Under the pieces are notes generated by a model. That model saw only the letters and a program-made list of their open reading frames with translations, ran no database searches and was not told the origin of the DNA. A stretch of DNA of 64,000 nt, from positions 10,239,200 to 10,303,199 of the forward strand of contig CM082593.2 of the NCBI GenBank assembly GCA_040954595.2. Reading direction: 5' to 3'. Within the stretch, counting starts at the first letter, position 1, and every line of letters starts with the position of its first letter. This DNA is from Balanoglossus misakiensis. Lineage: Eukaryota; Animalia; Hemichordata. Positions 41,301 through 54,189 of this stretch are shown here, one piece after another. The position numbers and the translations under genes were made by a program.

Positions 41301-43114
41301 TGCAAGCTATGAATTTTGACATAGGTATTTAATGCATGTGCATGGGTATTTAATGTTGAATGTAAATTCCCAGGTTAATACATCTCCAAAAGCACTGTAA
41401 TTTAAAATTGCTAATGTAAGGGTGACATTGAATCTGATTCTTTGCATTATGGGAAATGGCCTAACAAGCCTAATGATCCATCTGAGTAGATGGTGATGCA
41501 AGCTAAGCATTTTGACATAGGTACTAAATGTATATACATGGGTATTTAAAGTTGTCTGTAAATCCCCAGGTTAATACATGGCCATAAGCTCTATAATTTG
41601 ACATTGCTAATGAAATGGTGACACTGAATCTGATTCTTTGCATCAGGGCATATTGTGAAGCATGCTTGATGATGTATTAGTGTCAACAGTGATGGAAACA
41701 CTGCACTATGACATGGGTATTTAATGCATATGCATTGATATTTACAGTTGACTCTAAATCCCGAGGTTAATACATGGCTAAAAGCGCTGTAATTTAAAAT
41801 TACTAATGCAAAGGTTACATTAAATATGGGTAAATGGTGAAGCAAGCTTGAAGATGCATCAGGGTAGATGGTGTTTCAAGCCCTTTACATTGACTTGGAA
41901 TATAATGCATATGGGGATTTAAAATTGATTGTAAATCCCTAGGTTAATACGTGGCCAAAAGCAATTTTATTTGACATTGCTAATGCAACGATGACATTGA
42001 ATCCGATTCTTTGCATCAGGGTAAATGGCGATGCAAGCTTGATGATGCATCATGGTAGATAGTGATGCAAACACTTCACTTTGACATGGGCATTAAATGC
42101 ATATGGGGATTTCAAGTTGATTACAAATCCCTGGATTAATACGCGTCCAAAAGCACTGTAATTTGACATTGCTAATGCGATGTTGACATTGAATGTAATT
42201 CTCCGCATTAGGGCAAATGGCAAAGCAAGCTTAATGATGCAATGGAGTAGACGGTGATGCAAGCTATGCATTTTGACATAGGTATTTAATGCATGTGCTT
42301 GGGTATTTAATGTTGAATGTAAATTCCCAGGTTAATACATCTCCAAAAGCACTGTAATTTAAAATTGCTAATGTAAGGGTGACATTGAATCTGATTCTTT
42401 GCATTATGGGAAATGGCATAGCAAGCCTAATGATCCATCTGAGTAGATGGTGATGCAAGCTAAGCATTTTGATATAGGTACTAAATGTATATACATGGGT
42501 ATTTAAAGTTGTCTGTAAATCCCCAGGTTAATTCTTGGCAAAAAGCAATTTTATTTTACATTGCTAATGAAATGGTGACACTGAATCTGATTCTTTGCAT
42601 CAGGGTAAATGGCGATGCAAGCTTGATGATGCATCCCGGTAGATAGTGATGCAAACACTTCACTTTGACATGGGTATTAAATGCATATGGGGATTAAAAG
42701 TTGACTGAAAATCCCTGGGTTAATACAAGTCCAAAAGCACTGAAATTTGACATAGCTAATACAATGGTGACATTGAATGTGATTCTTTGCATTAGGGGAA
42801 ATGGCGTAGCAAGCCTAATGATGCATCAGTGTAGATGGTGATCCAAGCTCTGCGCTTTGGCATACATATTTAATGCATGTGCATGGGTATTTAATGTTGA
42901 ATGTAAATTCCCAGGTTAATATATGCATGGGTATTTAATGTTGACTGTAAATCCCTAGGTTAATACATGGCCATAAGTACTGTAAGGGGTAGATGGTGAT
43001 GCAAGCTCTGCACTTTGACATGGGGATTAAATGCATGCTGAGGGGGATTTTAAGTTGTCTGTAAATCCCCAGGTTGATATGTGGCCAAAAGCACTGTAAT
43101 TTGACATTGCTAAT
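26341..43114. repeat. Satellite B, ~192-196-bp divergent monomers organised in 3262-bp and 1930-bp higher-order repeats
   Basis: GGTTAAT core at 26402, 26598, 26790 and 26986. Matching spurious ORFs recur at offsets 3262 (29003/32265, 33063/36325/39587, 34195/37457) and 1930 (31133/33063, 32265/34195). Confidence 0.97.
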
Positions 43115-43540
43115 GATGGTGAGCTGTACTCCCCAGGGAGTTGAATGGAATGTTTAGGTCCAACGACCTAGGTCAAATGACCATGGGACAACTTTAAAGC
43201 ATGTTGAGATTTAATGTGCTACATAAGTTATAAATATTATATTAATATTATTACATAAACAACACTCTTACCTAGCTAAGGAAGTGGTCAGGTGAAAAAT
43301 ATTTGCAGAGCTGACCAATTATTTAAGGAATATTAAAGTTGGGTAATTTGGACGTATTCATACGGGTGTTGGTCAATGGAAAGTCCTTTGTTCATTTTCA
43401 AAATGGCAACCAAAAATGCGAACAAAACACACTGAATTATGTACGGGATATTGGTGTTGCCTAATTTGCGTGTTTCCACATTTACTTAAACTCTCACAGG
43501 GAGACAAATGTCACAGCAAACGGAAAAATGACTATGCTAC
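43020..43540 (+). repeat. Segment duplicated at ~49876-50405 (partial satellite B monomer, SINE 3' tail and unique flank)
   Basis: Both copies read CATGGGGATTAAATGCA...CCCCAGGTT...CTAATGATGGTGAG...CAGGGAGTTGAATGGAAT...CACAGGGAGACAAATGTCACAGCAAACGGAAAAATGA. Confidence 0.85.
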
Positions 43541-43929
43541 ACACAACACTTTTATTGATCATGGAAAATGTTCATGAGAATTGTGTTATGGTACTTTTCG
43601 GGGCTCACGACCTGTGTTATAGGAAATCTGACAAGGAATCCAAACTGTACCACATACACAACACTTTAATTAAGCATGGGAAATGGTCCTGAGAACAATA
43701 TTCTCAGAGTTGACAAACTGTGTTATCTGCGTTATATTGATGTTGTCTAATTTACACGCCTGTACATTTATTTATACTCTGACTTTGAGCTTAATAAGGC
43801 AGCGCCTGCTAAGGTCAATTTGCCACGTACACTTTTAATTAGCATAGATAATGATCATGATAACTTCATTTTCAGAGCTGACAAACTGTGTTATGTGAAA
43901 TTCATGTTGCCTATTTCATGATAATGGCT

Positions 43930-44555
43930 TGTGGTACACAATGGTTAACAGCAATCAGCAATTGCTTGTATGATAGGTATAATGATCGATTTACAAATTT
44001 CAATGGTATAATAATGGGCAACACATGTGGAAGTGTTTAATAAACAGTTAACTGATGTGGTGATGGTTTGTGGTAAAATTGAGGGTACACAGATTATAAT
44101 GGGCAAAACAATGAATATAATAGAGGTTGATGATGGTGAATGGTTTCATATGAATGGTGTAATAAAGGTTAACAAATGTGGTGATAGCTTTGGTGTACAG
44201 GGCTGTTCATATCTTTAGTAATGACAAAGGTATAATAGTGATAAAAGCTTAAATAAGTGTTAGGGCACAATCTTCATGATGGTTCTTTCATTGGTTAATG
44301 TGTATATTTTATTAATATCATGCTATTGTTTATCAGTTAGATCATAATCAGGGTTTTTCCATGCACATAGTCATCATGAATCAGCGGAATTCTTCTGAAT
44401 AGTACCTGTGATCATTTTTGCGCACCGACGCATTGTACGCGACAGACATGCAGAAAATATTAACATGTAACTCACAGGCATAGTGTTAAATCTAAACGAC
44501 TATATGTTAGATAAGCTTTACCTCCCCACCCCATCAAAATTCCAAATTTAGCTTG
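43930..44555 (+). repeat. Dispersed repeat, diverged direct copy of ~24800-25630
   Basis: Same shared motifs as 24800-25630; boundaries are approximate. Confidence 0.7.
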
Positions 44556-45229
44556 ATGTGACGTTTTCGGGTAGTACCAATTCGGAAACTTTCATGGTTC
44601 ATTCATTGAACCAAATATTGGATTTGACACACTGTGTCTTGGGTGGGTAAAGCATGGTGAAATGTTGGCAGTAAACTTTAACCAGACAGGTCACATGAAA
44701 GGAAGATTTTATCATTTGAGTTCGATGGCATACATGATAAGATATGTCAGTTCTGACACCTTTTTTGCAGACGTAGATGCTGATGTATTTTTTCCATTGG
44801 ACACAATACTCAAAGTCCAGTCTGTGTTTAAAATGATACCCTGGTCACACACAGTGAGAAATGTCAGCCTTTGACTTAATTATCTAATTTATGCATTGTT
44901 AACAATGCACTGTGACATTTACTGCATGTATTTTTCCCCCTGTGGAAACTTACTATGCTTTGAATACATGTTCCCTAATGGGGTGTTAAAGGATACAGTA
45001 GGATCTGTTTCGGTAGCAAATATGACACTGTTTTCAACATATTTGACTGGTGGCAATATGTGGTTTTACGTTGGTATCCATCATGTAACTCAGATCACCT
45101 ATATGAAGCTCCATAGTAAATTTCACAGAAGTCGGCTGATCAATTCCAGAAAAGTAGATTTTTTACCAAAAATGTGGAAAAAGACAAAAAAATGCATAAC
45201 AAGTAGAAAATTCACACTATTAGCTTAAA

Positions 45230-45567
45230 ACATACAGAAATGTGTGAGGCTAATATAAGGTACTATCATACCATTTTTTCAAATCAATATGACCAGGACT
45301 TGTCGAGTTTCTGAGTTTTGACCAAATTAAGGTTTTCCCAGCTAATTTGTATATATTTTTGGCAATGACAACTTCGTTTGAACAAACTCCCATCTACAGC
45401 CTAGCATGCATCTACACACCAAATATTGAGGTTATTGGCGCAACGGTTTTCAAGTTTTTGATGTGTACGGACATACATCCATCTATCCGTCCATATGTCC
45501 ATACATACATACAGACGCAACCAAATCCATAAGGTCCCACTGTATATACCTATACAAATGGGACCAA
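45230..45567 (-). mobile_element. 5' part of a HINE-like element related to 14984-16507, inverted
   Basis: Reverse complement of 14984-15340: hairpin GGTCCCACTGTATATACCTATACAAATGGGACC, (CATA/CATC)n and CAAACTCCCATCTACAGCC. Confidence 0.8.
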
Positions 45568-45582
45568 ATAAAACACACAAAA

Positions 45583-48345
45583 AATTAAAGCTGCAAGCAG
45601 CGTTGAAGGGGCCCAAGCATAGAGTTAATAACCATTAGACTCCATTCAGGGTTGTACCATTCAAATGCGTAGGCTGTATTTGCTCTGGATGTGGAGATAT
45701 GGGGAAGTAGGCAACCACCCGAAATGGATGTCTTACAAATACAAACACAACAACCAAAGGTGAACTTCTACGTTGTAAGTACTTCAGTTACTTCAAAGGT
45801 CAGCTGAGGGTATCCAAAAATTGGGCCAAAAATTAGGATTCTTATTTGGTTCATATTCAAGACAACGGAAAATCCTCGCTGTTTGGGTTTGTCAAATTAG
45901 ATATGGCCATAATAATGAGTTACGCTAGTAAGTTACAGGTAGCCCCTAAAATTTAGCATTTCATGACGCAGAGGGTCCTACCCTACCCCTCCAAACACCT
46001 GGCTATACATGATGTGCATGCTAACATATGGAAAGCAGGTCAATGGACACCTGATGTCACCCAAAAATTTGACAAAAAATGTTCATTCCTGTTTATGTCA
46101 TGTGCAACAAATCCTACATTTGCAGCCCTTTCACTTTGCCTACCATTAGGTATGCACGTAATACATGAATCAAGCAGGTGTCGCAGGTATCCCCCTGTAT
46201 TTGGCATTTCATGATAGTTTCGCTCCGAATACCAAAGCTGCACTTGTACAACGGGCTGAGATATGGCACTGTACGACAGAGGTCATCCAAATCAACTTAT
46301 ACATTTGGGCAAAAACAAACTGACACTTACATTCGTCCCTGTGGAACAAAAACCACACCTATTGCCCTGTTGGTTAGTGTCCAATTAAATGTACAAAATC
46401 AATGACTTAGGCAGGTGCAACAGGTGACCCCGCCTTTGGTATATCTTTATGGTCCCATCCGTATATGCCCCCCCCCCCCCCCACGCCAAAGCCGCATGCA
46501 TCTGCTGTGGATGCTCACTAAGCAAAAGTAGGTGAAATGTCACATAAGATCGCCCATAAGGCTGCATTCACAAACACCTCTTGAGGGGGGGGGAGAATTC
46601 AATTTTTTTTACCGCTAATTTTCACATGCCCCCGTACACAACCCGAATAATTTCAAATCCCCCCCTTCCGAACTGCCAAAATTTTGAAATCCCCCCCTCC
46701 CCATTTTCTTTCACAGAGCAAAACAGATCACCTAGTATCTATCTTGTAAAAAAAGAAAAACAGCGCTCCCATTTTTTAAGTATTTGTATCCTGTGTTGGG
46801 AGACATTGTAAACCGAGAATTGAAGGGGGTGGGTTTGGGAGCGTGTGCACGTAAGAAAATTTTATAAAATACAGAGCTCAAAGCTGCATTTTAATGAACC
46901 CGGCAAAGGCAAATTAACTCAACTACCGGTATGTTGGGGAGGACAAATTTAACCGTCGACGCTCAGAGTTATCATGGGGTTGGGGCAAGTCCCCAAACCT
47001 GGGACACTAGATAAACCAATCAATGATTGAAAGGTGTTGATGAATGGAGGGGGTGGGTGTGGGAGGGGGTGTCCCTCTCCCCATTAGAAAATTTTGTAAA
47101 ATAAAGGGCGCGAAACTGCATTTTTGTGGACTCAAAATAAATATTTAGTCGTCAAAGTTTTCAAGTCCCCCCCCTTTCAATCCCTAAATTAGTTCAAATC
47201 CCCCCCTTACATACCCTCAATTTTTTCAAATCCCCCCCTCAATTCTCCTGCCCCCCCCTCCTGAGGATTTTGTGAATGCAGCCTAACTTCACAGGAAAAT
47301 CGGACTTCATATTGATCCATTTGCAACAAATACCACACTAGCATCCCTTTCATTGACCCCACAATTACGCATGCTCATAATTGAGTTACGCAGGTGTCAC
47401 AGGTGACCCCCGAATCGGGCGTATTATTTTGGTCCCATACAGCTGCATGAAGCTGCGTGCCATTACGGGCGACCTGATAACCCCCACGGCCACCTGCGGG
47501 CCGAACCCCATACTGAACGTTCAGTTGCAACGTCACGACTGAAGTAGGAAGTGTTGAACGGCAAAGAAGCCTGATCTCTGATTATTGCTGGTACCATACT
47601 CCCTTCGTGCAAGAAAATCATTGGTCTGCTGACGTATTTCGGCCACATTAGCGACTGAGGGTCAAAGTCCGCTGCCGCATTACATTGAATGTTAACCAGT
47701 GTAGCCGGGTCTAGATAGAAACATTTGAACGGCAACAGCTAACAAACTCAGCGTAATTCAATAAAACGCCCAAACACAGCCTGAACTCCGATAATGTGTT
47801 ATCCCAAAATTCATTCCGTGGAAAATAATCACTGGTCTGTTTACGTATTTCAGCCGATTTTCCAAGGACTACTGCAACCCGCCAGAAGTGAGTAGCCTGC
47901 TAATGAGATCTCCACAACATTACGTAATGACGGTCAAAGTCCGATGCCCCAGTGTCCGTCCTCAGCCCACCAAAAATGCGAAAAATATTACAAAAATCTT
48001 CTTCTCAAAATCGACGTGGCCTAGGACCTTGAAATTTGGCACAGGGGATTTTGGCCACATGGTCTACAAAAATCGCGAAAAGAATGTACATTCCCCCATT
48101 AACGTGCAAATTAGGTCAATTTGAAAATTTCGCTCGATTATAGCCACCAAGTCACGTGACTAATTACAAATTCAAAGGGCAGGTGCACTAGTACTCATGG
48201 GCCCCAATCATCGTGCCAAACTTCATAGGCGCAGGTGCCGGAATTTCAGAGAAAAACGGGAGCAAAAAAACGACTCAAGAAGAAAGAAGAAAAACTCCAG
48301 CAATAACAGAAGGGGACCAAGCGCCTGAGGGCGCTTGGTCCCCTA
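45583..48345 (-). mobile_element. HINE-like element on the minus strand (same class as 20005-21250) with a nested MITE
   Basis: 3' end AATTAAAGCTGCAAGCAGCGTTG at ~45583 is the reverse complement of the tail at 21230. Head hairpin AGGGGACCAAGCGCCTGAGGGCGCTTGGTCCCCT lies at 48311-48344 next to an (AGA)n tract. Pairing these two ends into one element is inference. Confidence 0.65.
46560..47283. mobile_element. PIF/Harbinger-type (Tourist-like) MITE, 724 bp
   Basis: Perfect 15-bp TIR GGCTGCATTCACAAA / TTTGTGAATGCAGCC, extending imperfectly to ~40 bp. 3-bp TSD TAA at 46557-46559 and 47284-47286. Confidence 0.85.
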
Positions 48346-49104
48346 ATAACACTTAACATCTTACAGTGCAGGGCCTTGCTAGTTGATGTGGTACAATTCT
48401 ATCATATCACTTCACAGCTGGTAGCCAAGGGCAGTGTTTGCACAGAGGAGCCTCCTGAATGTCTTCGCTCGTTCACACCTCTTCAGTGATAATGTCTGGA
48501 TTACATTGACATGAAACTGTTTGTTCACTAGTGTTTCAACTGCCAGCTACCTGGGTTCATTTTACACCCAAACACTGAAAATATTGCAGCAGTCAATAAT
48601 ATAACCTACACACTGTGTGAAATTCACCATGTTCTAAAGTAATGTTGATGTCTAATGTGCATTGTGACTTACAGGGCATGCACGGCTAAAGCTTGTCGAA
48701 AGTTGACAAAGCAAAAGACCAGACCAGTTGCCTGTTTTAAAATGTGCTTCATTCCAAGGACCTTGGCGATGAGTCATGAATTGGGAAACGTTCATGAGAC
48801 CCATTTTTTTTCACTGGACCAGCACATTTAATGATATGACCATGAAATTGAACTGTTCCCAGGAGCTACTGAGAGTTGCCTTGTTTCACCCCCAAGTTAC
48901 TACCTGGGGTTTTTACAATGACGACAGTAGTTCCAAAAAAAAACGTTGTACTTTTATGAATAATCGATTAGGGTAGATTTATTCATGGTAGTAAAACTTT
49001 TTGGCCTGCAGTTGCCAAACAAAGACAATTACAAGTAAGGGACTGGACGTAAACTACCAGGGGGAGCGCAGGGGAATTGACGAAAGCGATGGCCTCAAAT
49101 TAAT

Positions 49105-49460
49105 GTCATAGTCCAGTGGTTAGAGCATCAGACCCATAATCAAAGAATCAAGAGTTTGATCCCTGGCATGGTTGTGGTGTTGTGTCCTCTGGCAAGGCAA
49201 TTTACATCTCCTTGCCTCTCCCTGCCTATAAGAAAAGGGTAATTTGGTGGATCGGATATTGTAATGTGTATGTATAGGTCTGCTTTGCTGATATAAAAGC
49301 TGCACATGTGAGCTGTTGTTTGCTCCCCATGGAGTGGAATGGAATATTTTAGGTCCAACGACCTAGGTCAAATTACCATGGGAAACACTTCAAAGCAGCA
49401 CATTGAGATTTATTGCATAATGTGCTATATAAGTAATAAATATTATATTGATATTATTAC
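49105..49460 (+). mobile_element. tRNA-derived SINE (degenerate)
   Basis: A-box-like TAGTCCAGTGG at ~49109, B-box-like GTTTGATCC at 49154-49162, central GTGTCCTCTGGCAAGGCAATTTAC resembling conserved SINE core domains, and an AT-rich tail. Confidence 0.65.
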
Positions 49461-49532
49461 ATAAACAACACTCTTACTTAGCAAAGGAAGTGGTCAGGTG
49501 AACTATATTCGCAGAGCTGACCAATTGTTTAA

Positions 49533-49875
49533 AGTGGCAAAGTCTCTCATCGCTGCCTTTTTTCAATTAATTATGTATGATACAAGACGCCATTGATGTT
49601 ATTCTACATGTGGATATATGGTGAATCAACATTCGACCACACACAACTTCCGTCTCGTTTGTACGATATGAGAGTAAAAACTCGCCCAAAATGAATAAAT
49701 GGTAAAGAACGATTATTCATTTTGGCGAGTTTTTCACTCTCCTGTCTATAAGAGGGATGGAAGTTGTGTGTGGTTGAACGTTCATTCGCTATATATCCAC
49801 ATGTAGAATAACAAACGGTGTCTCTTATCAAATATAATATGGGAAAAAGGGCAGCGAGAGAGAGACTTTGTCCCT
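49533..49875. mobile_element. Foldback (fully palindromic) MITE-like element, ~340 bp
   Basis: Nested arm pairs CAAAGTCTCTC/GAGAGACTTTG, GTTATTCTACATGTGGATATAT/ATATATCCACATGTAGAATAAC, ACCACACACAACTTCC/GGAAGTTGTGTGTGGT and CAAAATGAATAA/TTATTCATTTTG; centre ~49703. Confidence 0.85.
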
Positions 49876-50405
49876 CACATGGGGATTAAATGCACATGCG
49901 TGTGTATTTAAAGTTAACTGTAAATCCCCAGGTTAATACGTGGCCAAAAGCACTGTAATTTGGCATTTCTAATGATGGTGAGATGTTGTTTGCTCCTCAG
50001 GGAGTTGAATGGAATATTTAGGTCCAACATCCTAGGTCAAATGACCATGGGACAACTTAAAGCACGTTGAGATTTAATGTGCTACATAAGTTATAAATAT
50101 TATAAAAATATTATTACATAAACAACACTCTTCCTTAGCAAAGGAAGTGGTCAGGTGAAATATATTCGCAGAGCTGACCAATTCTTTAAGGAAAATTAAA
50201 GTTGGGTAATTTGGATGTATTCATACGAGTGTTGGTCAATGATAGGAAAGTCCTTTGTTCATTTTCAAAATGAAAACCAAAAATGCGAACAAAACACACT
50301 GAATTACGTATGGGATATTGATGTTGCCTAATTTGCGTGACTCTACATTTACTTAAACTCTCACAGGGAGACAAATGTCACAGCAAACGGAAAAATGATT
50401 ATGCT
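49876..50405 (+). repeat. Duplicate of 43020-43540
   Basis: Direct sequence similarity along the whole segment. Confidence 0.85.
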
Positions 50406-52315
50406 AAGCAATACGCCAACCTTTAAAATATTACTTTAGAAAGTTTGTATTCATACTTTCTTCAAGTTGTCATAACGCTACCCCGAAATGTGTTTAAGTA
50501 TTGCCTTTGTATTAATGGGCTAGATTCATGGCGTTATATGTCATAAATTAAAAAGCCAACCCTTATTGATTTTGATAATATTTATGTCGGAGAATCCACA
50601 ATGAAAAATATGTATTTCAATTTCATAACTCAAAATGATTTTCAAATCCATGACCTTATTTTCAACTCCAGTGATCGTACATCCTGAACCTTGTGCCAGT
50701 AAATGATTGGCCATTACAGGGTTAATGGGCACTCTCCCGTTCTCTTCCTCCGCAGTTTCATTCATGTTCTTGTTTGACGGAAATGGGTGTGACCAGACGC
50801 TTGAATGTTTTCATGTGGGTGTCGTTGTTCATCGGGATCGGTCTCCTGGTGTGTCTGTACAGGTACGCAAGGAGAAACTGCCCACAAGAAGCTGCGAGTG
50901 AAACTATTTAAGGTAGTATGTGCCTCGCGGTCCGAGATTCAGACAAATGATAGTCCTCAAAACTTTTTCAAGTCTTTGATTTACTAAAGTGTATGGTGAG
51001 TCTCTTTGAAAACAACAAAAACATTACTCACCATATTGTTATTTTTTTGAAAGTTTAAAATGAAGTTGACAATGTACCAAACAGATTCTATTTATTTCTT
51101 CATGACCATGTTCACCCCAAGGTCATATGGACCTGCAAGTATATGCCAGAGCCAGAGTCGACATTACCGAAGCCAGAGTTCAAAGCTTGCAGGTCACCCC
51201 TTGCCAGCTCATGTCTAGCTAAACTGCCATGGATGCCAAGAGATATAGGACTACAGTAACCTGTAGATGGTTTCAGTATGTTTGAAGAAAGTGGTGGCGC
51301 ACTTTTGGCTACATTTGAAATGGCTATGGTACCAGTGGTTGAATTTGCAAAGGTGACCTTTGACCTGGTATCATTAAAGATATTAAAGAACGATTGAACA
51401 TTCCTTGTTGTCGTAAAATGACATCTGTAATAACTTATATTTTATCTGTTCATCTTGAAGTACTATATATTTAAACGCCAATTTTCCATTGCCAATCAAT
51501 TTTTACAAATAAATTGTAATATGCATGTTGATTTTACAAAAACTCCTTACTTCCAAGTGAATTCTGTTACACATCACGTAAATATTTTCCCCACGAATTC
51601 TTCAGTTGCTGACTCGGAAATTTCATATATTGGGCAGAAATTGGATACATTACCGAGCCATTAAAATTACAGTTTTCTATTTTAATTGATCTTCCATAAC
51701 TTCAAGTACTTTGATTTGACATAAATTAAAAACATCATGGTGAATAAATAAAAAATCTTTGATTATCTAATTGTGCATGTTTACATGGTTTTATTTTAGT
51801 ATGCTGGGTACTTAATGTCTAATTGCTCGCTGATTTTATACTGTTCAAGATGACAATCTAATTTTAGTTTTCAGCTGATAATGGAAATTACTGATTAAAA
51901 AAATTGAATTTTGTCATGAATAAACTTGTTGTTCATGGCAGTTGCTGTATTTTGTTTCATGTGTATTCAATTTTTGCAAGAATACCATTGAGCACAGTTT
52001 GATTTGATTAAACACGTTTATCGGAAAATTTTGTCATTTGAAATATCTGTTTTTGCGCCCTCTACCATTTGACCAAATGATTCTCTTATTTTGGTGGCCT
52101 TTGTCTGTGTATATGAGAATACTATAGTACTCTCGCATCGATGATAGTAGAAGTTGAAAACGTCTCTTGCCACGTGGCCTAGAAGAAAGGTGATCTTTAG
52201 AGTAAAATAAAACAAACTATCCAGATAGGAAGCTAGAAAAGAAGTTGAATCGTTGAAATTTTATTTATTTTTATATTGTTAATATCGTTGGTGATGTTGA
52301 CTGGCCGACAATCTT

Positions 52316-53887
52316 TGTCACACCAGTATTTGCAGGTAGATTAAAACATTGCCTATTCCAGCAATAATCACAACAGTCTTACTTTTTCTATCTTTGTAAG
52401 CGTTAATCTTTATTGACCTCGCTTGTTGTTTTGTGTTTTTGTGTTGGTTTTGTTTTTGTTTTGTTTTTTTAGTAGTTTCATAATTTTATTTGTATTTTTA
52501 AAATGTTTTCCTGTTTTTTGTTTACTTTTTTATTTGTTTTACTATTTGTTGATTGTAATGCTGTATGGGTCTCGACTGTCGGTCCCAACTTGTCATATAA
52601 TTAGGTAGTACTGGAGTCAGTGGAAACCCAGGTGCCCGCATAATTTCAGGTGTAGTGACACCGTGTATTGTTATGTTAATGAATAGGGCTTCGTTAGCTA
52701 AGTTTCGTGTAGTAAGAGAGCACACTTCAATTTAGGTCTTGAAGGGAGCAACAAGTCGGGTCTCCCTGCTCAGTGAGTAGAAATACTAGGGGAAATATTG
52801 CACCATACCTTGCTGTGTCCATGTAATGCTGTAGCGCGCATTAGTGCTCTCAGGACCACTGTTTCTGCAATTCGAGTGGAAGTAAATTCAGTACTTCTAG
52901 AAAGCAGAATTGTGCTTATTCAGTGCAAACCGGTGTGGTCGGGCGATTGGCGTGGCTGGCATGGTCGTATGTGGTGTGGCTGGAAATTGCTCCAAGCAGA
53001 GTTCTGTGGAACCATCCTATAGACCCGGTATTGCTGAGCATGAAGTGTGGTGAAGAATTCTCGTGTAAGTAATGTATTTGTTTATTTATTTACTATAACT
53101 TAAATTTATATTTTATGGATATTTATGTCAAATTCGACAATTTGTAAGTAATAGGACGGTCATAGTTAAAGCATAATTTTCCATGATATCACATGTAATC
53201 ATGACGCTTTAACTAGTCCAAATTTCTGATAATTATTATTGAGAAACGTCAGTATTCATTTGTGAACAGTTGCTAAGGTGGACATTTCAGTCAATGTTTG
53301 TTGATTTTTCATTCAGCCATTTAACCCAAGACTTGCATCTAACAAGTCAGTCTTCAGTGTGTTTACTTGACTACTGGAGGACTACAAGTGGTAGAAAACA
53401 TGGTGTATCACAGATTGTATGTGTAATGTGGATCGTCGCTACATCGTTCATCTATACAGGACTCCATCCCATATTGTGGTTGAATCATGATTGTTTACTA
53501 TGAATGTTATATACAGCTAAGTGACACTTACCATTGTTTAGACAATATGCAATAGACAATAAACTATAGTGATATTGTGAATATATTCATTTATGTAATA
53601 TATTAAGTAACCCATTGTATTGTATGACCAATTGTATCAGCATACCTGTACCTGCTAAATTGGTTAGGACAGAGACATTTGATATTGTGCATATTGTGCA
53701 AAAAAATTATATTCCTAGTATTATCTTTATATTATTTAATTGATTTAAATTAAATCAACTGTATTATTGTATCCGCACTGGTTTGTGTAGTTTCTCCCCA
53801 TACCTTATCCACGGATGTTTACTCCTTGGCACTGAGAGCTGCTCAATATTTATCCTGGAATCAGAGGGGTGCCCTCCACCTCTGACA
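52316..53887 (+). repeat. Putative 5' LTR (3' end firm, 5' end tentative)
   Basis: Ends TCTGACA at 53887, two bases before the PBS. TGTCA start candidates are 52316 and 52591; no second LTR is available to confirm. Confidence 0.5.
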
Positions 53888-53889
53888 TT

Positions 53890-53906
53890 TGGGGGCTCGT
53901 CCGGGA
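53890..53906 (+). promoter_or_regulatory. Primer-binding site complementary to the tRNA-Pro 3' end
   Basis: TGGGGGCTCGTCCGGGA matches the first 17 of 18 nt of the MLV tRNA-Pro PBS (TGGGGGCTCGTCCGGGAT). Confidence 0.92.
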
Positions 53907-54189
53907 GTTTTATCGTTTTGTTGTGCATTTGTTTGTATACTATCATAAATTGTTGCCATATAGTGGAGACCATGGTTTTGATAGGTAGAGATTCTGCAAA
54001 TTGTGAAGACGGTGCTGGGTCTGTAGGCTGGTACTGTTACTGTATGTGCGCTTGTGGTTTCCTGCTATATAATATGGGCCGTGTTGGTTTGCGTCGTGCG
54101 TTCGGCTGTGTTGACTTGTGCTGAATGCCCTGTACTGCTAGGGGTTGTCAAACTGGGGGTTGTAAATCGCGATACAGCAAGGCATATAT

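Noticed and set aside
26427-42467. Family of recurring 60-99-aa Cys/His-rich ORFs
   Set aside because: These are chance translations of satellite B in several frames; they recur with the repeat period and show no gene structure.
49105-49170. tRNA gene
   Set aside because: Degenerate A and B boxes with no convincing cloverleaf, continuing into a SINE body and tail.
48350-52310. Possible host exons (short ORFs and splice-like sites near 48670 and 50541-50990)
   Set aside because: No recognisable domain or consistent exon chain; cannot be supported without RNA data.
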